From: Camelus dromedarius
Taxonomy: Eukaryota
Assembly: GCF_036321535.1 (NCBI RefSeq)
Contig: NC_087436.1
Location: 72,912,001 to 72,976,000 of the forward strand
Direction: 5' to 3'
DNA: 64,000 nt
In this document: one piece after another, positions 47,831 through 60,499 of the stretch
Layout: the number at the start of each line of letters is the position of its first letter
Numbering within the stretch: position 1 is the stretch's first letter
Translations under genes and position numbers: made by a program
The notes under the pieces: model-generated
The model's database searches: none
The model's input: only the letters and a program-made list of their open reading frames with translations
What the model was told of the DNA's origin: nothing

Positions 47831-48349
47831 GAGAGAAAGAAAGCCTGTGAGATTCTTTTAACCTTCTCTTTCTGGACAAGTCACACAGGGAAGCAAGCTT
47901 AGCAGTGTATTTATACCTGTTCAGAGTGAAAAAAAGTCTCAAAGCCATGTCTTAAAAATGCTTTAAGAAATGGACTGTGTCCAACTACATAACAGAGCCC
48001 TGCATGGCACATACTGCACAGTGATTTAAATTGCATCTTCTTCCACATCCCCACCAACAACCCTTAGAAGCAAAATATAAGCCTTGAAACAAGTTAATGA
48101 GTCTTTACAGTCATGCAAGAAATACCAAGCTTTTGGTTTAAGCCACCAGACCCATTAGCACACTTAAGTTGGCAGCCTTATGTTCAGGCTTCCTGGATTA
48201 TTGCTGATCCCAGGAACAGTGAAGCAATTGTTCATGACCTTTTGCACCAATATTCTATAGCAACGTGTTTACTGGACAAGTTTCAGGGGAGATATCTTAA
48301 AGGACTTGTTACTTTGAAAAAAGTTGGTACTGACACTCTACTACACACA

Positions 48350-48765
48350 TGACCATATTTATAAAATATTTACGATTTTTTTCTTTCTGCTTCCAAAAAT
48401 ATTACATGTTCATGCCTATGAAAGGAGGAAATATACAAAAAACCAAAAGCAGGATCGTGAAGTTTACTAGTTTTTTAATTGGTTTTGTTCACGTCATAAT
48501 ACTTCATAAACATTTTCCCATGTCATTAAAAGTTCCTCTAAAGTATGAGTGCACTGTGTAATGGAACACTCTAATTTTAACAATCCTTATTTTTGAACAT
48601 CCGGGTTAGTTCCAAATTTACTATAATAAATTATACTTTGAAGTAGACACTTACCCATAAATCTGTCTGCATGCCTTTCTTTGAGATATATTTTTTAAAG
48701 TGGTAATGCTAGGTCAAAATACTTTAAGTATTTTTAAAGACTTTGATAAGTGTGGTTAAATTCTG
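48350..48765 (-). mobile_element. Old L1 (L1ME-like) 3' fragment
   Basis: ttaacaatcctt...ggttagttccaaattta...gctaggtcaaaa...ttttaaagactttgata. Confidence 0.55.
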
Positions 48766-51559
48766 ACAGCCACTCTGATTTATGTACAACGGAAAATGAA
48801 AAATAAATAATCCTGTGGAGAAGTTCCTGGCAAGAGCTGACCACAAAATGACCACGCCTTTGCCTTGATAGAATTCTTCGCTGCAGGGGCCATTGGTTGA
48901 TCCTTCATGACCACCAGATGTCAGTCTAAAACAGAGGAAACCGAACAGGACTAAGCTGGGAAAAGGGGAATCCACTCTTAGCCTTGAATACGTGGCTACC
49001 ATTCTAGGGAGCTTGGGCTTTATCAAATAAAGAACCAAAAAATTGAATATCATCAATTATATCAAGCAAAAAGACATTGGAGGACCAGGTGTCTTTCAAT
49101 GGACCTCAGGTTTAGCGCCCCTGATCTGCTTTGCTTTATGTTTCCCTACAACCCTCTTCACATGCCAGCCTCACAGCTGAATCTTTTCCGAAGTAGGTAT
49201 TAGTTTCCTTGGAAGCAGCCAAACATTTCATGCCAACCCATGAACTTGTTCACTGGCTCACAGCGAGACACGTCTCCTGGGGTAAAATGAAATACCTTAA
49301 TTAGCTAAGCAGGGAGTATCACCAAGCACGGTAGAGTGGCCACTACGAGATATCCCTCCACATGGACGTTGGACATCCACTTCAGTGGATGCTTCCTGGC
49401 TTCCTTTTCCTGTCTCTGAGAAAAGGATACACCACACTCTAACGCATTTTGAGTTTCCAAAGATGTGGTACAACTGTTCTCAAGATGCTTGGTACACGTA
49501 AAAAACTTTGCTATAGCTGACAGAGTGATACCACCACTGGTCGGCCCTAGCCAAACGTGGTGGGAAATTCTAGCTGATGTATGAGTGCAGCTATGTGAGC
49601 AAAAGATAAATAAAAAGGAAAAAACACAAAGGGTGGTTCACACTGTGCCAACGCGATGAAAACGAACCAAGGCTTTAGCCTAAATTGTGCTAAGGAAATG
49701 AAAAGGATTTATCGGTGTTAGTGCTTTTATCATAAAAACATAAAAAACATGCACAAAGAATTGATGGCCCACTATTTGAGAGTAAGGATACCAACATCTG
49801 TTGAATGACAAAACCCTTCCCACAAGCAAAAGAGGTGTTAAAAAACAAAAGCATAAAAGAAAAGTCCTGAATCTATAATCAGAGAACTAAATTGTACAAA
49901 ATAAGATGGGCATTAAGCCTGACTATTTTAGATGGCAATTGGGTAATGCAGCTGGCAAGAAAAAATAAGTGCATATTTTCTTAGCCTACATTCATAGAAA
50001 TGCAGTGAATAAATGTTCTGTTAAAGGAAACATCTACCTCACTAATCAGAACACAGTGTTTTACTCAGATCAGAGGAGACATAACAAACTGGACTCCATC
50101 TTCAGGGGAGAATACAGAATCATACAGTCTCAAAGCCATGTCCTTTCAACAAAGAATGAAAGTTTCCCTGAAGAGAAGTCTTAGGTAACAATGTGATAGG
50201 TTTCTTCAAAAACTGAAAGACTGTCATACTGAAAAAGGAAATGGAACTTACCTCATCCTCTCAAATTCACTGAGCTAAAATCAATGAGTTAAAGTCACAG
50301 GGAGATGGATTTGGAGGCAAAGCCAGAGCTCACAGCACTGCAGTCCTTGCACTACAGATGGGTGTTGATTGAGAGGATGAGTAGGGCCACAGTCTCACTC
50401 AGTTCACCTTTATCTTCATACAAAGATACCAACAGGGCAGCAAGGCCTACATTCACCATAGGAACAGCCTACAAGGGGCGTTGTGATAACAGTTCCCCAA
50501 GGGGGTGCCTCCAGCTTGCGAAAACTTGTGCATTCCCTCAGGGAGTACTCATTTCTAATTCCACAGAGACACACTGTGGGCTAGTCAAGGTCACGTTCAA
50601 AAATTATCATGCACTCAACCAACAATGGAAGGGCTACCTGAAATGCAATGAGCTCATGGAAGTCTTTAACAGCCTGAATGATCATTTTGGCAGGAATATT
50701 ATAAAAGAGATTCCTAAACCAGAAGGAAGCTGATACCTGAAGATACTCTGAGAGTCTATAATTCCTTAAAACATAGAAACCAGCCAAGAATGACAAATAT
50801 CACATAAATAATATTATGTATAATATGTATTATTCAGAGCCATTATGATTTATGTACAACAGAAAATAAAAATAAATAATCCTGTGAATTATAATACACA
50901 GTTTATAATATATGTGTGTATATATATATATATAAGCATATGTAATATCACAGGTATAAGCTATCACATCAAAGGGAAAAGGTTTAAAATTAAGTTTTAA
51001 GGAAACGAGTATTGTGAGGGCACTGATGTTACATTGGTTTAGGTTAAGATACTAGATCCTTAAACTCCAAAGGCAAGACTGAAGTCTCAGTCAGCAGAGT
51101 TTCAGGGGAGGACAAGGACGGGGGACTTGTGTGGCTTTGATGAAAAGAGTATTGATTAACTTCCTTAGAGGAAGGAAGGACCCCCCGAAATCAAGTAGAA
51201 TCAAGATTAAGAGCCAAGAATGAGAGAGGACACCAAGCCTTCTCCACAGCGTGACTTTGAGCACTCTGGGAAAAACCACCTCTTGAAACAGTCGTGGATG
51301 CCTGGATTTCAATTAAAGTTTTTGAAAGGGAAACGCTCCCTCAGTGCTGAAGCTTTCTTTTTTCACTTTCTTGTCATGACTGTGCACTTTCCTGGGCCTC
51401 TGACAGCTGTTCTTGATCCCTTTCCTAGGCACCTATTTCACTGGTCATTCCCTTCACACCAGTGTCCCACTGGCTACCATCTTCTGCCTCTGGCTCTCCC
51501 TCCTCCCCAAGCATTCCCTGGGTGAACGAAACTGCCCTTGGATGTTACTACCCTTTGAA

Positions 51560-52720
51560 TGGCCATTACTTCCTAAATGCAAATCTCCAAGCAGATTGGT
51601 ATAGACAAATGCCTGCTGGACACCTCCACGGTGATGTTTCACCAACCCTGCAAAATTCAACAAGCCCCTGCCCAACATGCCCCTTCCATGTCCTTCCTCA
51701 TATTCCACTATTAGACCTGCTCTTCTTTCTGCAGTGACCTTTTCCATTAAGGGCACCAGAATTCAACCTTCTGCTCGAGCTAGAATCCCACATATACCCT
51801 AATCTCCCTCCATCTTTCTCATCTACAATATCCTTAATTACCAATTCTAGTAACTCAAGTTTCTAAATTTATCTTATCCTCCTCCACTTTTATCCTACTG
51901 CCACTGTACTATCCCAAGCCTCATTGCTTCTAGTCTGGACTATAGTAACAGCATCCTGTCTGTGATGGTTATAAAGTATGTCCATAAATTCTTCACATGC
52001 CTCTTTTTAAAAGATGGAACCCAATTCCACTGCCTTCAAAGGAAGACTGAACTCAGTGACTGCCTCATTTCCATTGAATAGGAAACCTAGGAAGTGACAG
52101 TGTGTGAGCAGGTCATTAAGGCATCATCACTCTTTAGCAATGATGTCTCTTAGATGCCTGGCTCTAGAGGAGGTCAGTTGCTATACCATGGAAACCCTCA
52201 AGCGGACCCTATGGATTGATCCAACAGACATGGAACCAAAGCCTGTAGTATGTAGCTGGCAAGGACCAGAAGCCTCCAGACAAAGACCACATGAGTCTTC
52301 TTGAAAATGGGTCCTCTAGCCCCAGTCAAGGCTTCAGGAGACCACAGCCCCAGTCAACATCTTGACTGCAATCTCAGGAGAGACTCTGAACTAGACTCAC
52401 CCAACTAAGCTGCTCATAAATTTCTGACCCACAAAACTATGAGATAATAAATGTTTGCTGTTTCAAGTCACTAAATTTTGGGGGTAATTTTCTATGAAGC
52501 AGCAAATGACGAATACGTGATTGTTCTCTTTCACGTATCTCAAACTTATGCTTTCTCCAGCGCAAACTACAATCTCCACCAAGACAGCAGCAAGCCCAGC
52601 CCCCAGCTGGTCTCCTCATATATTTATCCCCTACATCTAATCCATTAATGCCTAAGTGATCATTTTAAAGCATAAATCTGATCCAACGAATTCCCTATTT
52701 ACACTGAAAGTGGCTCCGAA
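51560..52720 (+). mobile_element. L2 interrupted by an MLT1F-like LTR
   Basis: tgcctgctggacacctccac...ctactgccactg...tctggactatagtaacagc before the LTR; gtgatcattttaaagcataaatctgatc after it. Confidence 0.7.
51961..52517 (+). mobile_element. MaLR solo LTR (MLT1F-like)
   Basis: tgtgatggttataaagtatgtccataaattctt...cagccccagtcaacatcttgactgca...gagataataaatgtttgctgtttcaagtcactaaatttgggg...gaatac. Confidence 0.85.
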
Positions 52721-53806
52721 TACTTGAACCTCATGTTTTAAATTTTAAACTCGGTATGACTTTCTACTTCACTAAACAGGAGTTCCTTCATACCTTCTTA
52801 GCAACTGCATGCCGGGCTTTATAGGTGATGTGAACGCACAGACACACAAGGGTCAGTTGCTGCCCTCAATCTTGTTAGAATCTAGAAAGGAGCGCAGACA
52901 TGTAAATAAGTTGAGAACCTTTAACATAAGGATATGGAAGAAGCACAAAAGAGAGTAGGCATTTCTCCCTGAAGAATGGAGAAGGGGTGAGGTCTTCATA
53001 ATAGAAGTGCAACAAATGAGTAGATAATCATCAAATGATGACAGAGGATATTGCTGGCCAAGGGGATATATTACCAAAGGCATTATGTGTAAAAAAAGAT
53101 TGAATGGTCTTTTCACTGAACACTGCAAATAATTTGATATAGCTCAAACATAGGGTATGTGGAAATGGGAGGGACAGCAAGAGGCAAGGCCTAGAAAGGA
53201 GACAAGGAATTGGTTTTGTGGCATCTTCCCAGCAAAACAAAGAATGCAGACTGTGTCATGTTGATAAGCATCCTTTCAAGCAGGGGCATAATTTGAGCTG
53301 GGAGCTACTGTGACAGTGGTGTAGAGGTTGGAGGATGGCTCTTTGGGCTTAAGACAGGAGGGAGGTATATCAGTTAGGCCTACTTCTCTAAATAAGGAAA
53401 AGGTAATGATCTGAGTAAAAGGAGCAGTGGATAAAAGGAAAGAAATTTAGCTGTAAGAACTCCTTAAAATGTGATGATCATTCAATGGTGAGAATACAAA
53501 AAATAGTAGCTAGGAGGATGCAGGACCCATTTTCACCAGGGTAGAAAAGGAAGGAGGAAAAGCAGATGATAAATCTGAGTTTGAACAAGTTGAGTTTAAG
53601 ATGCCTGTGAAATGCTAGTTATCAACATCTGGTAAGTGGTTTGACATAATCAGAACTTTTAAGGGAGAGATGGGCAGAGATTTGACTCATGTTGAAAATG
53701 TGGGAATAGATGAGATTAACCAGATAGAAACTGGAGAACCAACAGAGAAGGAGGCCAAGAACAAAACTTCAGGAAGACACAACATGCAAAACACATGTAA
53801 AGGTAG

Positions 53807-54343
53807 CTGCACTATTTATAACAGCCAAGACATGGAAGCAACCTAGTGTCCAGCACCAGATGAATGGATAAAGAAGATGCGGTACACATACACAATGGAA
53901 TACTACTCAGTCATAAAAAGAATGAAATAATACCATCTGAAGCAACATGGATGGGCCTAGGGATTATCAAACTAAGTGAAGCAAATCAGACAGAAAGACA
54001 AATATCATATGATATCAATTATATGTGGAATCTAAAAAAATAGTACAAATAAATTTATTTACAGAACAGAAACAGACTGACAGACAGAGAAAACAAACTT
54101 ATGGTTACCAAACAGAAAGGCAAGGAAGGATAAACTGGGAGTATGGGATTAACAGATGTGCACTACCATATATAAGATAAACAACAAGGGCTTACTGTAT
54201 AGCGCAAGGATCTATATTCAATATCTTATAATAAGCTATAATGGAAAATAATTTTAAAAAATAGATATATACATGTATGTATATAACCAAATCATTTTAC
54301 TGTACACCTGAAACTAATATAGTAAATCAATTTAAAAAAAGAA
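53807..54343 (+). mobile_element. 5'-truncated cetartiodactyl-type L1 nested in L2
   Basis: cactatttataacagccaagacatggaagcaacc...gatgaatggataaagaagatg...gtacacctgaaacta. Possible TSD caaaacacatgtaaaggtag (53787-53806) / caaaatacatataatggaag (54344-54363), 16/20 identical. Confidence 0.88.
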
Positions 54344-55127
54344 CAAAATACATATAATGGAAGAGAAGCCAGGAAAAGAAAGAAAAGTCAGAGAGGAGGA
54401 GAGTTAAGAGAGCCATATCTCAGAAGCCACAGGATTAGAAATTTCCTGTCAGATGCCTCAAATAAGTCACATAAGATGGGAACTAAAAACAGTTGACTGG
54501 ACTCGGCACTTTGGAGCTCACTGGAAATTACCTCTGCAATTTTAGTAGATTATCAAGGTGCTGATTATAGTAAGTTTAAGAGTGATTGGAAGGGGAAGAG
54601 ATGAAGACAGCAAGTAAAGGAGATCCTTCCAAGAAGCTTATCATTGAAGACAAGAAGAAAGAGAAGAGTGGTGGACTGGAGAAAAGCGTAAGTGTGGAGG
54701 AAAGGATGGATTTATTATTATTATTTTTTTTTTTGCAGCTGAGACTTGGACATGTTTATAGGTAAAAAAGAAGGGAGTGGAGAAAGGGTGAAAAATGGAC
54801 AGCAGGAGTAACCCATGCAGCAAGATCCCAGGGGAGGCAAGAGGAAATAAGAGCCTATATTAAGGAATCAACTTTGAACAAGCCAAAGGGGACTAGGGAA
54901 CTAGAAGGAAAGTTGAGACAGTAAAGTAGGGAAAAGGGAAATTGAGACTGCTCACAGTAATAACCACAGTTTTCCTAGTGAGAGAGAGTGGGCTGCAGGG
55001 GAGTAAATGAAGAAAACCAAAGACGTTTGGAATCTCAGTGGTGAACAGAAGAGGGAGCTGATCAGAGATGTGTACTGGTATTCCTAAGTAATACTAAAGA
55101 CCCTTTTGGTTGGAGAACATGGATTAG

Positions 55128-55270
55128 CAGTGGTTCTCATTCAGGTGATGGGTGGCTTCCTCCAGGAGCTCTCACCAGCTCTGGATGTTGTAACAGAGAA
55201 GGCAGATGGTTGGATATTAGCAAAGTAGATGCCACAAATAGAGATATAGTGAGGATATCAGAGGGCTGGT
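55128..55270 (+). mobile_element. MER20-like MITE fragment
   Basis: cagtggttctca...ctgga...gttgtaac...gtagatgcca. Confidence 0.45.
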
Positions 55271-55284
55271 GAAAAAAAATATAT

Positions 55285-56240
55285 ATATATATGGTTAAAG
55301 CTGGTAAGATAAACAATACAGAGAGGTTCACTCAACACCCATTCCCAACCTTCTTCTCCCTTGTCTTCCTCTCCTGTTGAGACTGGAAAGCTAAATATTT
55401 TATTTCCCATTTTTATTTCAGCTGAAGTTGACCTCATGACCTGGTTCTGAGCAATGATGTAGAAAACAAAGACACAGTTGCTTTCCTGGTAAAAAGGAGT
55501 GGATACAAACAGCGTGGCCCTTTTCACTTCCTTCTGTTTCCTGCCAGGAACATGGAGCTGTCCTAGGGTGCAGCAGTTGTCTGTTAAGCGTGAGGTAACA
55601 TGCACAAGAATCAAAGCCCACAAGCTGAAGGTGGTGGGGAGAAAGGGTGAAGAGTGCCTGGATCCACAACGACGGCACAAAGCATGTTATAGGTTGAATT
55701 GTGTCCCTCTGAATTCGTATATTGAAGTCCTAAGTGCCAGTACCTCACAGAGTGACTTTATTTAAATGATAGGGATTTACAGAGGTAATCAAGTTAAAAT
55801 GGGGACATGAGAGTAAGTCTTAATCCAAAGTGCCTGGTTTGCTTACAAAAAGAAAAATTGCATATGAAGATGAAAAGAGAGAACAGGAGATGCTTCTACA
55901 AGCTAAAGAACACCAAAGGTTGCCAGCAAAACACCAGAAGTTAGGAGAGGGACAAGGAACAGATCCTTCCTCACCAACCTCAGAAGAAACCTGTCCTGTT
56001 GTCACCTTGATCTTGGACTTCTAGCTTCCAGAAGTATGAATCAATAAATTTCTGTTAAGTTACTCAGTTTGTGGCACTTTGTTACAGCAGTCCTAGAAAA
56101 TTAATACATCGTGGCTAAAATCCCTGTAGTGACCTCCTACCTCTAAACTTTCTGTTACATGAGAAAAATAAGCACCTACTGATTTAAGCCAAACCACTGG
56201 TTGAATTTTCTATTTCCTGCAGTGGAATGCAATCTTAACT
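55285..56240 (+). mobile_element. Old MaLR LTR (MLT1J-like) split by a younger LTR
   Basis: ttcccaaccttcttc...catgacctggttctgagcaatga...; resumes as ctctaaactttctgttacatgagaaaaataa...tttaagcca...aatcttaact. Confidence 0.6.
55685..56108 (+). mobile_element. MaLR solo LTR (MLT1B-like) nested in the older LTR
   Basis: tgttataggttgaattgtgtccc...gaagtcctaa...caccagaag...ccttgatcttggacttctagcttccagaa...aataaatttctgtt...cagcagtcctagaaaattaataca. Confidence 0.85.
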
Positions 56241-58349
56241 AAGAGATCTAGAAAGAGAAGAAAATTAATTCATAAAGGAGAGTGAAAACTGGGATGAAAT
56301 AGTTGAGTCAAGAATTTCAATGAAGTCAAAGACAATCTGAGTTTGGAGGTTACAGTAAAACGAAATTTAGAATTCCAGACATGGAACAGTTGTACCAAAT
56401 AAGGTCATAGATGTGCCCATGGATAAAGATTTCTGCAGTCTAGATGATAACGACTGAAGCCAAGGATATCAGGGAACTTTGACGCCAGGTTGGTAAATTA
56501 TTAATACCATAGGTGCTGAAGTCATATATTATGTGATTTGATGAGATAACATGGGAAGATAGAGACCAGCAGACTTGAATGATACCAAGGAAGGTGATAA
56601 AATCTGAAGGTAGGAGTTTTAAAGGAGGGGAAATTTTTTGCTTGAAGGATGAAAAGTAATGATTTAGAAGGAGTTATGATATTCTGATAACTGGTAGAAT
56701 TCCAACACCACCTCCAGGCTCTACATTAGATGAAATATGGAAAATAGAACCCATCCAGCTCAAGAAAACTACAAATGAAACATGACTTTGAACTTGAATG
56801 ATACATACACCCTAAAATGTCATCACCTGAATTCTTCAAATAATTAATGCCAAATAAAATACAAGAACTTGAATTACCTGAGTAAGCAAGCCTCAAATTT
56901 GGAAGTGATTTTATCAGTGTTCAATCTCAAACCAGTGCAAGGGTCCTCATTCTTGAGTTTTCATCTCAAGTTGAAGGTATCTCCCTGGCCTCAGAGTTTT
57001 CCTTGATAATGTGTCTGTGTGTGAGAGATAAAGGTATGTGATGACATTGTTCTGTATATGTTGATTTAGCAGATTATTTTTAAATACACCCAATTTAAAC
57101 TCTTTTCTCCTTCAGATTCCAGTATGAAGGGGCCTTTTTCCAAAGAAAAAGTGCCTGTACCTATAAATACACTGTATATAGATAGTCTCAGAAAGTAGGT
57201 AGGAATATCAGAGAGCTAGCACTCCACAATTTGCAAAAGGGAGTAATAAATACATTTACTATAATCATTTCACTCCTAACTTTTGGAAATACTGCCATCA
57301 TCTTTCAGGAGAAAAATAAAGAAAAAAAATTACAGCTCTGAAGTGAGGCATAATTCTTGACATGCTTGTTCCCTGGCCTTTCGGAAATCTACCAGACCTG
57401 GAGCTGTAAAGGGAATAACGTTCTCTTTGCACTGGGGAAAGCTATTGATTTGTAACTAAATCAGACTGAGCAAAATGTATCACTATCTTTTCTCCCCTCT
57501 CCCTCTTCTATTAAAAACAAGAGGTGGGGGGATCTTTAAAAGCAAAATGATCTGAAAAGCCCTTACTGCTGGGAGGAGCAGCCTCTCTGGATTTGGCAAC
57601 TTGTCAGGTTGACCTTTACCGCCTGAGGAACATGAGCTCATGAAATCTTGCAGAGAGCTAGGTTTGTGTGTGACAGACCTCTCTGGCTGTGAGTTGGAGA
57701 GATCATCAACACAGGGAGGCATTTGGATTGGATTTTTGAAGAATGAAAAACAAGGAATTGATTAAGCACATGCAAATTAGGGAGTGGAGAAGCATAGGAT
57801 ACCTGAGGCTGTAAAGATCTCATTTTTTTTTTTAATAAGTGAGAAATTCTCCCTGTAAAGGACTCCCAGGAATAACTAAGTTTGAGAAGCCCCAACCTGA
57901 CTCCCCTCGAAGGGTGGAGACTGAATGTGAGAAGGCAGATAGCTCTGTTCACAGACAGTAATCTGTCCCTGCATAAAAAGTACATTTAATTTTTCTGGGG
58001 TCAAAAAATTAAAGGATCCTAGAGGTGATATTTTTCAGAAACACGTGGCTCTTAAATGAAGTAAAGCTGCTGAGACAGACAAAACTGTGCAACTTTCTTT
58101 ACTTTTCCATACCTGAACTTTGCTTTACCTGCCCCAATTTTCATTGCAAACAGAAATACCTGATGGTACTACTTCAGTTTAATTCTTGAGGTTTACAACT
58201 CAGACCCTTTGGGTTCACGTCTCTTCAGCTCAGGGTTTACTCCCTTCCTTACTCCCAGCGGGCATCTGGATTTAGGGAAGTCTGTGCAGCATCCCTGCCC
58301 TGGTTGTCAGGTAGATGGTATGCGTTGAGTCTGAGTGCTCTCCTCTGTC

Positions 58350-58828
58350 CTATTTTAAAAAAACAGCTGATTCTTACCCTTGTTAAAATGATAAGGAAGA
58401 CTTTATTCAAGACTACTGAATTAAGGATTCATGATTTATTCAAGACTACTGAATTAAGGGTTCGTGATAGGGGAGAGAGATTGTATTCTACTCCAAATAC
58501 AGCAAGGACAAGAGGGGATTTATAGCCAAGGGGCAGAATGAGGGGGTCAGCGGATGGAAAATTACTATTAGAAAATACATATCAAGGGGAATTCTTGCTA
58601 ACCTGACCTAACAGGATTCTTGCTAAGGGGAGGCCAAGGACTGAGGCATGGAGGTAGACAATGAAGAATGGATCAGATGTTGTAGGTTGGGGGACAAGTC
58701 AGCAGGATTCTTTGCCAAGACTAGGTAGGGCAGGCCAAAGACTGGACAGGACCACGGTGGAGGCCAGCTTGAGAAAAGGGCTCAGAGAAGCCTGACTAAC
58801 ATTCCATCAAGGAGAGAGTCTTTGTCCA
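58350..58828 (-). mobile_element. ERV-class solo LTR (MER77-like; subfamily uncertain) with an internal 33-bp tandem duplication
   Basis: gactttattcaagactact...gggagagagattg...ccaaatacagcaa...gggatttatagccaagg...gtcagcggatggaaaattacta. Confidence 0.6.
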
Positions 58829-60499
58829 GCCTCACAAAACTCACTGAAGCACAGTTCACCCTGACTGGCCTTGGCCTCAGTCCCTGTCCTCTTAGAGTTT
58901 GCTGCTGGGACCCTGAGTCCACTGCGTCGCCCACTTCTCAGTCCACCTGTTTGCTGTCTTTCTAACTCCACTGCTGAGGTCTTCCTGGCAGCCAGCTCTG
59001 CACCTCCCTGGGGGCCCGGGGACTCTAATCTGCATCCACACATCACACTGGGGTGCCTAAGAGGGACTCTGGGGGGGGAGTGTCTTCAATATCCTCCACC
59101 CAAACATCTACCATAGTCACTTTTATTCTAACATGTGGAAGCTTAGGGGCTCATCTTCAAGACTAGCATTCTCTTTGGCTACTTTTTGGAAAGCAGGAAG
59201 TTGTCCCTTTTATTCAAAAAGCCCCTATATTTTACCAAGGGCTTTTACTCATATGAACTAATAAGGAAAGAAATAGTCATTCCAATTCTGCCAAGCTTTA
59301 TCTCAGCTCTGAAGAGAACTATGGAAAAGGGGCATCATGTAACTAGAATTGAGAAAAGAAAAAAAGGGGGAAAAGAGAGCAAACAGAATTTTTTTTTCAG
59401 TTGGCAACATAACAATCTATAAACCAGCAGGCATTCCTCATACACAGGGTAGTTTTGAATTAAATTTGGCAGACTTTTTTTAACATATGAGGTATATCAT
59501 TACTTGTAGGTTTCTGAACATATTATCTTCTCTGTGTAATTTCAGTACATCACCGTCTGGTAAAGACTGGCAGAAATCTGAAGTGGAAAGAATCCTTGTC
59601 AAGATATCAGAAAGTCTGGGATGGTCTTAGTTTTGTCACTAACAAACTAATGATCTTGCCGAAGTAATTTTACCTCTCTCCCAACCAAGGTTGCTACATC
59701 TGCCATACGAGAGTTGTGTATATAAGATTCTTTTTTGTTGTGATACTTGATGACTCTGTTCCTGGAAGCTGAGCCTCCCAGCTTGAGGCCAAGGAATGTG
59801 TGGATGTGTCTGAGCATGTTTGGCAGACTCTTGGGGCTGTCAGCCTGCTGGCCACTGCAGGACTCAGATGCTGCTTGGGAGAATTCATCCCTAAAGAATT
59901 ACAGGCCGGTTTCCAGGACCCCAACAGGAAACAACGCCTTGTTGACAGAAAGGTGGTTATTCTGAATGTGTAACAATGTTCATTATTCTTGTTTGTCTCC
60001 TAGTCCATGTGTACATTCAATGGAAAGCTAATTAATTCATAATAAATCAATAAAAGTGGTAAGACTGAGTTCACTTAAAAAAAAACTCTAAAAACTATGA
60101 GGTCAAAACACAGTGGTCTGTGACCCTTCTAACAAACTGTCACAAAAAGAAAGTGGGTATTTAATCACTTTGCCAAAACCAAGGCAGAATCCAGGCACCT
60201 GGGAGCCTCCAATTCTTTTGCATTATGGAGACCCGGCTGCACGCAGAGAGGGTGGGATGCCCACAGAACAAGAGGTGCACCAGGTAGGACATCCTGGCAT
60301 TCCCTAATAAATGGCCCCCCAGCTTGGCAGTTCCCGGAATAAGCCTAGTAGTTCAGGAGCTGTTGTGAGCGATCTCCAAGGATCCCCATTACCCTCTGAA
60401 AGACTTTGACAAAGACTGGAGGGCCTGAGTGAGCAGGAACATGGTGCACATGTCACTTTTGACTGACGGTGTGACATACACCTGCCCTTCTTCAAGTTA

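Larger units (their letters stand above)
52800..56800 (-). mobile_element. Long, fragmented L2 hosting several nested insertions
   Basis: Reverse L2 motifs continue on both sides of the insertions (ttgagtttaagatgcctgtga; cagaagcca...tgtcagatgc; purine-rich internal L2 sequence to ~56800). Confidence 0.65.

Noticed and set aside
47935-50142. Exact 17-mer agtctcaaagccatgtc at 47935-47951 and 50126-50142
   Set aside because: A single 17-mer match in 64 kb is plausible by chance (roughly 0.1 expected). The flanks do not align, and the offset (2191) differs from that of the 50-bp repeat (2070).
57631-57642. 12-bp palindrome CATGAGCTCATG
   Set aside because: About 15 such palindromes are expected in 64 kb.
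60003-60054. Possible terminal exon with twin AATAAA (60041, 60049)
   Set aside because: It would be very short, and AATAAA is frequent in AT-rich DNA.
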